Positions 24,210 to 35,827 of a stretch of 64,000 nucleotides of DNA are shown one piece after another. The stretch is taken from NCBI GenBank assembly GCA_010909165.1, contig MU008158.1:2753478-2817477 (forward strand), read 5' to 3'. Position numbers and translations under genes: made by a program. Every line of letters begins with the position of its first letter. Position 1 is the first letter of the stretch. Under the pieces are notes generated by a model. It was given only the letters and a program-made list of their open reading frames with translations, was not told the origin of the DNA and did not search any database. Source of the stretch: Anthoceros angustus (lineage: Eukaryota > Plantae > Anthocerotophyta).

Positions 24210-24855
24210 GCGTTTAAGGACCCGTTCGCGTCCGTTTCGTTCCGTTCGTCTCTCACACCCTCGTTCCTCTCTCCACTCACACTACACTTATCGGTCTTAA
24301 GGAAAGGCCGCGGGTTACGGTCCGGACCTCCTCGCGTTCTCACGGGCCTCTCGTCCAAGACTCTGCGCCCTCCGGTCCCCTCCGGCTCGTTCCGGTCCGT
24401 TCGGTGGGCGCGGCTCTGGGCACGCAGGTCCCAGTCACCCCTTCCTGCACACACCACAACACGTTAGGTCCGTCACGGGACCACGATCAATCCCTCCGGG
24501 TATCGTGCACCTTTCGGTGACTCGGGACTCACGTTAGCAAGAAGACACACAAGGTGCAGAGCGGCATCAACACCAAGAAAGATGATTTATTGAGGCCCGG
24601 CCCTCTTATACTACGCCCGGTCGGCGTCTTTATTACACCCCTATTACGGTGATGGCCATTTCGGTATACTAATCGGCCTACCATCCTATTCCCCCCTATC
24701 TCCTTCGCCGTGGTGTGGGAAGGTCGAGTTCCGCCTTGGGATTGGTGGTCCAATCTCCCGTCGGATTCTGGCGCACCCAATCGGATGATCCGCGGGACCC
24801 TCCTCTCCCGGAATCACAGCCGGGTTGGGCTCTGGCGGTCGGCGCCGCCGTTACA
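24210..24855 (-). repeat. LTR copy 2
   Basis: Minus strand: GGAGGATGACG then TGTAACGG at 24855, TATA at ~24610, AATAAA at ~24590. The block CACGTTAGCAAGAAGACACACAAGGTGCAGAGCGGCATCAACACCAAGAAAGATGATTTATTGAG is identical to LTR1. Followed by TGGCCATACCGG (24208-24197). Confidence 0.72.
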
Positions 24856-24909
24856 CGTCATCCTCCTGGCCTCCCCATGGGTCCCCTCGGTGGGGCCACC
24901 GCTATCCTC

Positions 24910-27900
24910 TCCCCGCGTAAGTCGAAGGGGCTCCTCCTTCTTCTTGAGTCGGACCTCGAGGTCGGTCTCGACTCGGGCTGAACTCCAAGGTCCGGCTTAT
25001 TTCTGAGTCAGGCCCGTGGGTCGGCCTCGTCTCGGTTCGGACCTCGGTCGAACTTATTCTGTCCGGTCCCCAAGCTCGGACCCCTTTCATGGACCTCGTC
25101 TTGCTAGGTCCTCCTCCTTACCCAGGCCCTTGTCTTGGTTGGGTTGGCTCCTCCTCTGCACCCCTTTGGGGCCCGTCACCCCTTCTCGGGCGGGTGGTGG
25201 TGAACTTACCTTGGGGTCCTGCGTCCGCTCCTCTTGGGGCTCCTCTCCTTGTTGCCGTCGTCTCCAAGCAGGGCCCCTAGGGTCCTGTCTTTGTCCCCGT
25301 GCCCTTCTTCCCCTCAGGGCCTTCCGGTCCGTCTGTTCGTGGCGAGAGGCCTCTGCCGGGAGCTCGGTGGTAATAGGCAAAGTCGAATCCACTTGTTGGA
25401 TTGCCTCTTCCACGTGTGGAGCACCGATACTCCCCGCCATAGGTGCTCGGGAGTGGCCTTTTGCCTTGTTGCTCCACCTCCCAGTTTGATAGGAGGCTGC
25501 TTCTGTGAGCGCAGGCTGCCTCGGTCACCTCCCGTCATTGTTGCTCCTGCTCCAACTCCTCCTTGATTCCCGTTGCGCCATAGCGTTCCTTCAAACTTCC
25601 TCATTTGGACCCGGCGGCTTCTTATGCCTTCGGCGCCCTCGCCTCTTGTCCCCGTCATTACTCTCGCCATCTCGCTCCAGACGGTCGGGCAACCTTGCGG
25701 CTGCGGGCTTCGCCAGGCCCTTCTCCATCTCGGCGTCACGCTCCTGTTCCATCGCCTTCACGGCTCCGTCGCCAGCAGGAGCCTCTCCGTCGCGTTCGCG
25801 ACCATGTCCTGACTACCATTCCTCTCAATAGTTTGTGCGGCTCAAAGTCTCCTTGCGGTCCTCCATCTCCACTTGCTCCACCTCCGGGCGGAGTCAGGAG
25901 ATCCTCCATCTCCTTGTCGCGAACTTCTTGGCCACAGGTGTGGCTTGCTCCGCCACCTCTGCTCCATCTTGAGGCGGCTGGGCGCTCTATCTCACTCGAA
26001 GTCTTGGATTCTCCCATTGAGAATTCCTTGCTGCTCCCGTCTTGGGTTGTAACTCCAAGGTGTCCTTCTTGTCCTCCAACTCCTGCGCCTCCTTCTACCT
26101 CCTGCAGGCACAGGGTCCCCGATTTCCGGGTCTTGGCCTCGGTGTTCTGCAGCTCGTCAGCTTGCTCCCTGCCACTGCTCGGCCTTGATTGTGGCTCTCG
26201 GCCGCCTCCCTCCACGGTTCCGATCACGCCGATGGTGATCGCGATCGGCCGCCGTGGCCTCGCCTCCTTGGCCACCTTCACTGAGCCTCTCGCGGCTCTG
26301 GTCGGTCAGGCGCCTCACCCGGGTCCGCGCCCTCCGCTTGCGCCGGGCGCCCTCCGCTCTGTGCGCTCGCCCCTCTGCACTGCGAGGTCCTCCGGCCTTG
26401 GGCCTCCTTGCACTTGGTGCTCCTCCAGTGAAGGAATTTGTCCGGTCCTTGCGGATGGACGGACCTCCCTCTCGGCCTCCGTTTCCCTCCTCAATCCGGC
26501 CGAGCTTGGCCTTCCTTCTTGCCTCACAGGCCCCTCAGCTGCTCTGGAGGAGTACCATGCGCCTCGGGTGGCTTCTACCTCACAGGTCTTCTCGGCCATC
26601 CGAGACCCCAGGCATAAATCCATGGTGGCAGGACGCCGTGTTTCTTCCACGGCCGCTGAGTGAGGCTCCCACAAAGTCCGTGGCGGGGCCGGCATTTCCG
26701 ATCGCCAGGACCTCCATATCGCATTGTCCGAGTCGGGGTGGGTTCTCGGACCTAATCGGGACCCTTAGGTCACGAGTCTTTGACTCAGCTTCACCTCCTT
26801 GGCCCTTTTGGCGCGAGCTCCTTCTCCGCCCTTTTCTCACAGGGCTCGGAGGAGGTGAGAAGTCAGGAGCAAGCCTTTTGCCCCTTCGGCAGGACCCGGC
26901 TCAGGTCTGCTGCCGGTGTCCTCCTGCTCCACAGGCGGTCCTACGCCCTCCTTCTGCTTCCTCCCTTCTTGCCACTCAGGTAGGCGGGGTAGAAGTCTTG
27001 GCACCGAGGTGCAGCGTTGGTAAAGTGGTCTTGCGTCTCTTGGCTCCCTCACAGTCGTGAGGCTCCTCGGTGAAGGAATTTAGTCGGTCCTTGCGGATGG
27101 ACGGACCTCCCTCTCGGCCTCCGTTTCCCTCCTCAATCCGGAGCTTGCCTTCCTTCTGCCTCCACGGGCCCCTCCAGCTCACGGAGGAGTACCATGCGCC
27201 TCGGGTGGCTTCTACCTCCAGGTCTTCTCGGCCATCCGCGAGACCCCAAAGCATACTCCATGGCGGTGGCAGGACCGTGTTTCTTCCGGCCGGCTGGTGA
27301 GGCTCCCACAAAGTCCGTGGCGGGGCCGGCATTTCCTGATCCGAGGACCTCCATACATTGTCGGGAGTAAGTCGGTGGGTTCTCGGACCTAATCGGGACC
27401 CTTAGGTCACGAGTCTTGGCTCGAGCTTCACCTCCTTGGCCCTTTTGGCGAGCTCCTTCTCGCCCTTTTCTCACAGGGCTCGGAGGAGGTGAGAAGTCAG
27501 GAGCAAGCCTTTTGCCCCTTCACATCGGCGGACCCGGCTCAGTGCGGCTGCCGTGTCCTCCACTCACAGGCGTCCTTACGCCCTCCTTCTTGCTTCCTCG
27601 CTTCTTGCCACTCAGGTGGCGGGAGAATCTTGGCACCGAGGTGCAGCGTTGGTGTGGTCTTGCGTCTCTTGGCTCCCTCACAGTCGGCAGGCTCCTCGGT
27701 AGGGGTTGTGGGCGGTGGCGGGCTGGGGTCGGGCGCTTCTGCTGGGCTCGGTTGGGGCACCGGGAGGAGGCGGGAATTTCTTCCATACTTCCACTGGGTG
27801 GTGAGGGGTCCGTTCAGACGTGAGTCAGGAATCCTCGATCGTCCTCCTCCGGGTCCGTTTGGCCTTGACGATCGGCCTCCTCCCTCGGCGCCCTTGCCGC

Positions 27901-29104
27901 TCCACTTGGCGGGGCCTCGGTCCTTTCCGGGCGCTCGCTCAAGCTCTCCTTCCTTGAGGAGCTCGAAATGCCCCCATACATGGATCGGTATGGGGGGCCA
28001 GAATGAGGCTTCTCGGTCACGAGCGCCTCCTAAGCCGGGAAGATAATCCTTCCCAGTCGCCCTCTTCCCCATTGCATGCGGGAATACCAGCATTATCACC
28101 AAGGTGATCCACCTTGGTGGAGTTCGATGGACAATGATCCGGGCTACCGCCCTTACTCGTTGTCAGCTGGATATCGACCAACCGTTGGTGGTCCTGCGTC
28201 CCTCGCGCCGCTGTTGTGGCCCTATCTTCCCCTTCGCCTTGAGGGGCTCCGGCACCACTCCCCCTTCTTCCTCCTTTGGGCGGTTGTAGGCCGCCCTCAG
28301 GACCTCCAAGGTCCATCGCCTTGGGTCCTCCCGGAGGTTCTTGGACCGCACCTCCTTATTGACCGCCGCCAGCATCTTCCGGGCGAACTCCGGACCAGGG
28401 TGACACTTGTCAGCGTCAGACCATCTGGAACACATCCAAATGCCACTCCTGCACCAATTCTCCTTCCTGGGCGGGGCCCAAAGTCCGGATAGCGCCAGTC
28501 ACAATGTTGCGCTCCACAAGGTTCCATGGCTCCCAAACTTCCATGAGCTTTTGGGTGCCATCGCCTTCTCCTCCCTTGGTTCTTGTGGCCGCTGGGAGAC
28601 GGCGCACGTTCGCCTTCTTGGCGCGTTCGCTGCTCCAACCTCAGCGGTGAGCGCGCGTCGAGTGTCCACGAGATACCGCCCGGTTGCGGGCGCAAGAGAT
28701 CGCGGGGTGTCTCGGCTGCGGCGGCAGCTTCCCGCCGGCGCGCCTTGGAGTAATGCCGGGCGGGCGCCTCTTCCATCCGTAGCGCAGTGCATGGCTTGTC
28801 GACCTTCGCCTCGCCTCTCACGCCGTACTCGGCCTTCGCGTACTCGGCCCGTGGCGCGCGATCCCGGCGTGAATACCACTATGGCCTCTGGCAAGGTTCG
28901 GTCTGGCGGTGCATGCCGTCCTCCACTCGGTCGTCCCGCGTGGCGTCGCTGGTCGTCCTTACGGCTCAACTCTAAGTTACTTTCACGTACTTATCTGCAC
29001 GGTCACAGGTGGGTCCGGACTTATCCGTGCTGGCGCGCCATAGTAGGTAGTGCGTTCCTCACTCCGGTCGGAGTATACTCCCCGGTCGGTCCAGTGCTAT
29101 CCAT
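24910..29104 (-). pseudogene. Accessory ORFa, copy 2
   Basis: ATGGATAGC at 29104. Contains KLMEVWEPWNLVERNIVTGAIRTLG...ELVQEWHLDVFQMV, EFARKMLAAVNKEVRSKNL...AYNRPKEEEGG and HVEEAIQQVDS at ~25415. Colinear with copy 1. Confidence 0.62.
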
Positions 29105-29299
29105 GCTTATTTCCCCCTTTTTCGACTCATTTTATCCTTCGCTTCTACAAAAAAACAAAACCCTGCCTATTTCCTAGCCCCCCAAGGGAAGTCCGTAGTC
29201 CACAATTTCCCTTGGGGAAGAGGGAGTCCATTCCAGGCGGATGGCGTCTGGAATGCCTTCCCACTCTCTTGCTCCGCTTGTCTCCTGTATCCGCTGCTG

Positions 29300-31600
29300 C
29301 CTAGGCGTTGTTCTCTTGTTCCTCCTCATCTCTTCCGGCCATGGGCAGGTGGGTTAGCCCCCGCCGGAGCGCGCGTTCCTCCTCGCCCTCCTTGAGGAGG
29401 TTGTTGTGCCCCCAGACATGCAGGATGAAGGGGGATAGTCACGACGGAGGGGGTCGCTTCTGGTGCAGCTTCCCCGCCTCCTAATCTACCCGAGCGAAAG
29501 TGATACGCCCCCAGTCCGCCCGCTTGCCCCTCATGGGCGCATGCAGAAATACCTGAAGGTTGTCTCTCAGATAGTTCACCTCGGTCAGCATGGTCCAGTG
29601 GATAATAACCTTCGGCGACCACGGCTGGCTGGTCCTTTAGGTCCGAGCATCAACCATCTTGGAGGACCTTTGTGCGTTCACTCTCAAGAGCATTGCCTTG
29701 GCTACCTCCAGCTTCTCCTTGCCCCGGAGCCGTTCCGGCAATATTCCCCCTATCTCCTCCATCGGGCGATTGTACACCGTCGGGAGCGCTTCTACCATCC
29801 ATTTTGGGATCCTCCATGAGGCTCTTAGGCGGACGGTCTTGTTTACCACCGCCAGTAGCTTCCGGGCGTACTCCCGGACCAACGCCACACTGTCGTAGGT
29901 CCATACCGCCTGGAATACATCCAGTGCCACTCCGCACTTTAATCCTCCACTTTAGCCATGGCCCCAAGTCCCGTGGCGCTTGCTAGTGATGTTCTTCTCC
30001 ACGTCAATGTACAAGGGCTTTCGCCATCGTCTTCTTGACCTCATCACATTGCGCGTCGTGTGTTGCTCGGAGAGAAGCCCTTGCGCCGTCACTCCTCCTT
30101 CCTGCTACGACTTAGGTTGGTTGTGAGGTAGGTGGCTGCCCTGGAGCTTCGGTGCACTGCGGTGATGGACCGTGCTTGAGCGTTTGAAGAGTGAGCACCA
30201 AAGAGCAGGGTGCCGAAGCGCAAGGGGCTGAGAAAACTACCAAGATACGAAAGTCAGGTGACTTCTTCCTCCTAGTTGCAAAGATGGTGGCGTAATCGCG
30301 CGCGCGCCATCCTTTTACGTCCGGCAATTGCCGTCCCACATCTCGTCTCTGCACTTTCACGCCCCACCTCGATACATGTCTGGGTTGTGGCCGCTGACTA
30401 CTTATGACGGCTTCTTGCGGTCCATGGTCCCGATCAACATGTCGAGCCTAGCCCCTGCATCATCCACCGGATCCTTCCTCTCTAATTACGGTCCATTCCT
30501 CCAGACTTGTCTTCTTGCCACGGACCTCCTCCGGACTTCCTCCGTCCGCTCGCCCATGAGTTATCAAATCAGGCGGAGTTTGGCCTAGTAGGGCCTTCAT
30601 CCAAGCTTCCCCTATTTAGCACACCAAACTACCCAAAACAAAAACAAAACCTACTATGAAAGCCACTTAGGGAGGTCAAAGCATAACGTCTCTCCTTGCC
30701 CGGGCCGTTAAATATTCCCCTATCTCCTCCATCGGGCGATTGTACACCGTCGGGAGCGCTTCTACCATCCGGCCACAGGATCCTCCGCGAGCTCTTGGGC
30801 GGGAGTCTTGTTTACCACCGCCAGTAGCTTCCGGGCGTACTCCCGGACCAACGCCACACTGTCGTAGGTCCATACCGCCTGGAATACATCCAGGTGCCAC
30901 TCCCGCACAAGTTCTCCCACTTCCTTTAGCCATGGCCCCAAGTCCGGGTAGCGCTTGCTAGTGATGTTCTTCTCCACCAGCGTCCAATGTACAAGGGCTT
31001 TCGCCATCGTCTTCTTCGGCCTCATCCTGTTGCGCGTCGTGTGTTGCTCGGAGAGAAGCCCTTGCGCCGTCACTCCTCCTTCCTGCTACGACTTAGGTTG
31101 GTTGTGAGGTAGGTGGGCGCCCTGGGCTTGATTGCGCGGTGATGGACCGTGCTTGGCGCTTGAAGAGTGAGCACCAAAGAGCGGGTCAAGCCAAGTGAGA
31201 AAACTTCTGCAAGATACGAAAGTCGGTGACTTCTTCCTCCTGGTTGCAAAGATGGTGGCGTAATCGCCCTGCACGTATCCTTTTACGTCCAGCAATTGCC
31301 GTCCACTTGCATCTCGTCACTTTGCGCTTCACTTCCTGCGATACATGTCTGGGTTGTGGCCGCTGACTACTTATGACGGCTTCTTGCAGGTCTGTGGTCC
31401 TGACCGCCTGCATGTCGGGCTAGCCCCCTGCTGTCATCCACGGATCCTTCCTTCTCTAATTACGGTCCATTCCTCCAGACTTGTCTTTCTCGTTGCCACC
31501 AGACCTCCTCCGGACTTCCTCTGGTCCGTTCGCCAACAGAGTTATCGTCACGCCGGCGGAGTTTGGCCTAGTAGGGCCTTACTGTCCAAGCTTCCCCCTA
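29300..31600 (-). pseudogene. Accessory ORFb (paralog of the ORFa N-terminal domain), with its 5' ~1 kb tandemly duplicated
   Basis: MRPKKTMAKALVHWTLVEKNITSKRYPDLGPWLKEVGELVREWHLDVFQAVWTYDSVALVREYARKLLAVVNK...VYNRPMEEIGG (30762-31073 and 29637-29930). 29715-30697 is repeated at ~30690-31691. Confidence 0.6.
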
Positions 31601-33559
31601 TTTAGCACACCAAACTACCCAAAAACAAAAAAAAAACAAAAACCTACTATGAAAGCCACTTAGGGGAGGTCAAAGCATAACGTCTCTCCTTCAGGGGAGG
31701 TCAAAGCATAACGTCTCTGGCGGCTGCGGGTGAGGCCTGACTGCCGAGGGATGCGCGGCACGCACGGGCGGTAATCAGTCAGTTTAATAGGGATCATCTC
31801 TCCCTAATATATAGTTCGAAATTAATATACTTATATAAAATATCAATTATGGATCATGACATGATCCATTGATTTAGTTTTGGACCGTCACTACTTTGAC
31901 GGTCCTCGAGAAAACCGAGGACCAGGCCAAATAACCCATGAAACTAGTCCTTAACGTGTTTTTACATAGTCGAGACCGTGACCAAGGCGGGAGGGAGGAT
32001 CAGTGGGAGGCCCAGGACCGAGGTCGAGAGCCTTAGGCCTTAGGCCGCTAGGCCTGTAGGTCTAGGTAGTTTATTTTAAGCATAATTTGCATATGAAATA
32101 TGGTTGTAAGTTTTAAAGACATGGTAGTATTATTGTAGATATATGATTATATTGTAAAAAACAAATAAATATTGCAATTATAAGTTAAAAAGATTACGAT
32201 ATAGGATTTTTAATTGGCAAGGAAGTTCATAACGTAATTATAGAAACAATGACTATACTCATATAACATTCTAAACGGAAAAAAATTGCATCATAGCACT
32301 TTTCTTTATTATTCGCAAACTAAAAAAACATCATGGGATTCTTCTTCCTTATTCGCTTGCATATCAATGTATATACAGACAATATCTTGTACGTGAGTAG
32401 GACAATCACGTCATTATCATAAGGAAATATGTGAACGAGATGGACCAACCACGTACGTATTCAAGAGGGCACTAGACTAGGACATTGTCTCTCAATAAAC
32501 GCAAGGAAGAGCAAGAATCAAAATTAATTATATAACTCATCTCATGCCTAATCCATATCTCACATGAGGGGTGTTTGACCCACACATTTTTAGCGTCACC
32601 CTAATATGTACACTCACCCTTCACCAGCCTGTAAAATTATATGTCTTCAATAAGATTTATTCGCAAACAAGTAGGTCATGCGTTTTTGTGGTAAAGTATG
32701 ATCTTACCAATGACCTAGATGACATAGAATAAAAGATGACATTGCTTCATAATTGTGTAGATGTATTCTAGAACATAGTGACAGAGAGACTCGATTGTAG
32801 TGGGTCTAGGGGTTATGATGTTGAACTATGATCTTACCAATGACTTATGCCACTTGAAAATTGCTTCACAACAATCCATATCTCTACACACCATGAGAAA
32901 ATAACACTCAAATTAAAATTAAATTCATCATTTAAATTTTATTATTTAAATAAATTTATCTCCAGTCTCCTGCGTCAGCTACCTGTGAAGGAGAAGGAGG
33001 GACGCCAAAATCTCTTTCCTCATGTCTGTACCCAGCAACTGTAGCACTATATTAACTTAGGTAAGAAAATGTGGTAAACAGGTAACTTATCAAGATGAGA
33101 AGTGTGTGGCGAAGGTATGTCTCCGTCAGTCTCAAGTTGGCTAGTAGTGTAGCAGGAAGTAGTAGTGTATAAGTGGGGTGACTCCTCTCAATGTGATTAA
33201 GCAGGAAGCTTTCGTTCAGCCCCTACTTCACCGTTGGAGACCACCAGTGATTGCCAAGGCTAGGTACTTGGAGCCAATCTTCCGCAGCATCTGTTTGTGG
33301 TCCCCGCAGTCATGTCGTTTCGGATATGTGTGAATGAGAGATGTCAGCATCCGTGATTTCTAGTGTGTGTGTGTGCTGAAAAATTGTGTTGACCGTGATC
33401 CAACAAGCTACAAGGGGAGAAGTGACTACCCGGAAGGTTAGGTGTGGAGGAGCGGCCATCGAGTAGGGGGACTACAAAACTTCATCAACAAGGGGCCGAT
33501 AACTCTTCTCTCTCTCCAAATACCTACATCATTATCACATTCACTTATTACTTTGGGTT

Positions 33560-34830
33560 TCGATAATCTTGACCCCTACTCTTGTAGGGCATGATGGCTT
33601 CCCTAAGGACAGATCTGCAGTATGTAACAAACACGATCAGCAAGTGTGTCATTTGTATCCAGTCAGTTGCTTCAAGAGTGTGTTTATGGATTATCAAAGT
33701 CGCGCGTCATTGCTTGAAAGATCTGAACCCTTACCATTACCGGGAGGGGAGTCTCATCACCTCCACTTTGCACCTTCAGGTAGTTTGATCCTATGTCTAC
33801 CTGGGTGGAACTCTGTATGGCCCAACACTTCAGTGGAAGCTCTCTGCCTCCGCTCGCATTCTCAAGGGTGTGCAGGCATCGGCGTGTGGGGTTCGAAGAC
33901 AGTGCTCTCGGATGCACATCAAGGACATCCCCACTCAGCAATGGTTATTCAACACAGTCGTCGTTCCTTCGGCTATGTATGTAGTGGAGTTTTGGGGACC
34001 GTACCTCTCTCCTGACGATTGATGCAAGGTGGAGGAGGTTCAGACATCCTTTCTTCGTCCCCACGTTGCGTGCAAGAGGTCTGTCCCCCTTCCCATCTTC
34101 CTTGCAGAGTTTCCCACATTCCCGCTTGAGCTGGATGGTCTATTTCGCTTGACTAACTTCTTCTACCGCCTGTGTTCATTGGAAGAAGCTCATTCGGATC
34201 ATCCTACCTCCCCTCCCTCATACCTTCTTCTTGCTATTCAGTCCTCCCGGAAATTAGCCATCTAAAATAAGACTTGTTGGTATGAGCAATCTTGCTCATG
34301 GTTGCCAATTTGGATTTCAGAGTCTTCGGCCCATCCCTTTTCGATTCTTGCCACCTCCTCCAAATAAGTCCATCCGCCTTTATTTGCAGACTACATACTT
34401 GTCCTATACTTGGTCTCCTCTCTTTCCCTTATTCCCTAGGCTTGACACTTATAAACAGTATTTTCGTACTTTATCCAATTCTGGGAAACCAGTGCTCCTT
34501 CTTTACCTTCGCACCCCTGTGTCTTTTAAATTAAGGATGATTATAGGTCATCTTCGCGTTGGGTCTCACCGTCTTAGGATTGAGACGGATAGATGGCTAT
34601 GTCCTAAGCTACCAAAGGAGTCTAGAATCTGCGGGTTATGCAATAGGGGGTGGAGACTGAAGAACACTTTGTGTTCCTCTATCACATCTATGAAGATATT
34701 CGGGGGAATTTTATCCCTCTATTTACAACAGCACGATCTTCACTTGGCTTTTCTCTTTTCTGATCCTATTGTCATGGTGTGCCTAAAGCAAATGTGGGAG
34801 AAGCGGACTCAACATTTTCAATAGTTCAAC
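33560..34830 (+). mobile_element. 5'-truncated non-LTR retrotransposon (LINE) remnant: RT C-terminus and CCHC-type tail
   Basis: SYVYLG motif (~33790), VEEVQTSFLR...SVPLPIFLAEF..FPLE, and LRVGSHRLRIETDRW...ESRICGLCN..(E)TEEH(F), typical of LINE ORF2 3' ends. Stops and frameshifts throughout. Confidence 0.8.
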
Positions 34831-34944
34831 ATACCTGACATTACATAATGATTCACGTCACTAGTTCTCAGGCCAGATTCAGAATAGCGGTTAAATTTTC
34901 ATAATACTTTCTTTGTTTGTACGACAAATCAGTCCCATGATGGA

Positions 34945-35084
34945 AATCCATCCTTAGTGGACTTGAATAAAATTCTTCTTCTTCTTCTTCTGTTAGAGGC
35001 CTGTCAATCCGTCCTTAGTGGACTTGAATAAAATTCTTCTTCTTCTTCTGTTAGAGGTAAAATTCTTCTTCTTCCGTTAGAGGC
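34945..35084 (+). repeat. Local direct repeats with (CTT)n
   Basis: TCCTTAGTGGACTTGAATAAAATTCTTCTT...GTTAGAGG occurs at ~34951 and ~35012, and a third partial TAAAATTCTTCTTCTT.GTTAGAGG at ~35058. Confidence 0.8.
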
Positions 35085-35827
35085 TTGTCTCGTCACTCAT
35101 ATGTTAGAGGCCTGAACGAAGTACGTCTGGCCCGTATGTCAAAACGGTCTTTCCACATAACCTTCTGAGCTAATTTGGACTTAATTTTCAAATTCACTCA
35201 AGTCTTAATTCCAGGGTGCCTCCAAAAATCGTATTGCATTTCCAGCACCCACATAATACATCGACTTAAGACTTCTTGTTCGATCAAGAGGAAAGGACTG
35301 AAGTCCAACACTTTAGACTTCATAAGAATGTGGACTCTGCGTTTGTGCTGTCCAAGAATTACACCAACCTCTAACTTACCCAGTCTCGAGGTTTGAATGG
35401 ACAGAGTTCAGGTCGGAATGGGAAGAAGTTGATATGTGCCCACGTAACCTCATGCAAAATGCTCACAGCCCAGGAAACGGTACCATTTTGATCTTAGACC
35501 TCATGATCGGCACCCCTTTCAACGAACCGCCCACTGTGTTGTCAGATTAAAATGATTTGGTGTACAGGCTCCATCTGTCTCCCATTGTAACCGGCAGAAC
35601 CACAGATTCACTTGCTCTTACGTACCTAAAGAGCAAAGCATCAAAGTGCAAGCAAGACGAGACTCTAACTTGAAATTCCCTGAAAGCCAGCGCCAAGCTG
35701 GTCCCACGCCTGACAGCCAGGAAGTGACTGTAGGCCTCCCCAGCAAATGCACATCCGAGGTTCAGAAAACTTCCAAATGGTACTGCCCAAATCCTCCAGC
35801 ACCTCTACTATGAATCCAAGAGCCACT

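Larger units (their letters stand above)
8595..31720 (-). mobile_element. Head-to-tail array of a degenerate Ty3/Gypsy (non-chromovirus, Athila/Phygy/Selgy-like) LTR retrotransposon: [ORFb x2, ORFa]-LTR-[short gag remnant, PR, RT, RH, INT, ORFa]-LTR-[coiled-coil ORF1 copies]
   Basis: Abrupt switch from AT-rich to GC-rich sequence at ~8595 and back at ~31770. Two LTR-like direct repeats are present, Gypsy pol motifs occur in PR-RT-RH-INT order at 23.5-19.1 kb, and 14.3-19.0 kb is homologous to 24.1-29.2 kb. Very frequent 1-3 bp indels. Confidence 0.88.

Noticed and set aside
8672-29304. Many long plus-strand ORFs (e.g. 10007-10819, 25605-26663, 28407-29177)
   Set aside because: They are antisense to GC-rich minus-strand retroelement frames, are not conserved in frame between repeat copies and have no recognisable domains.
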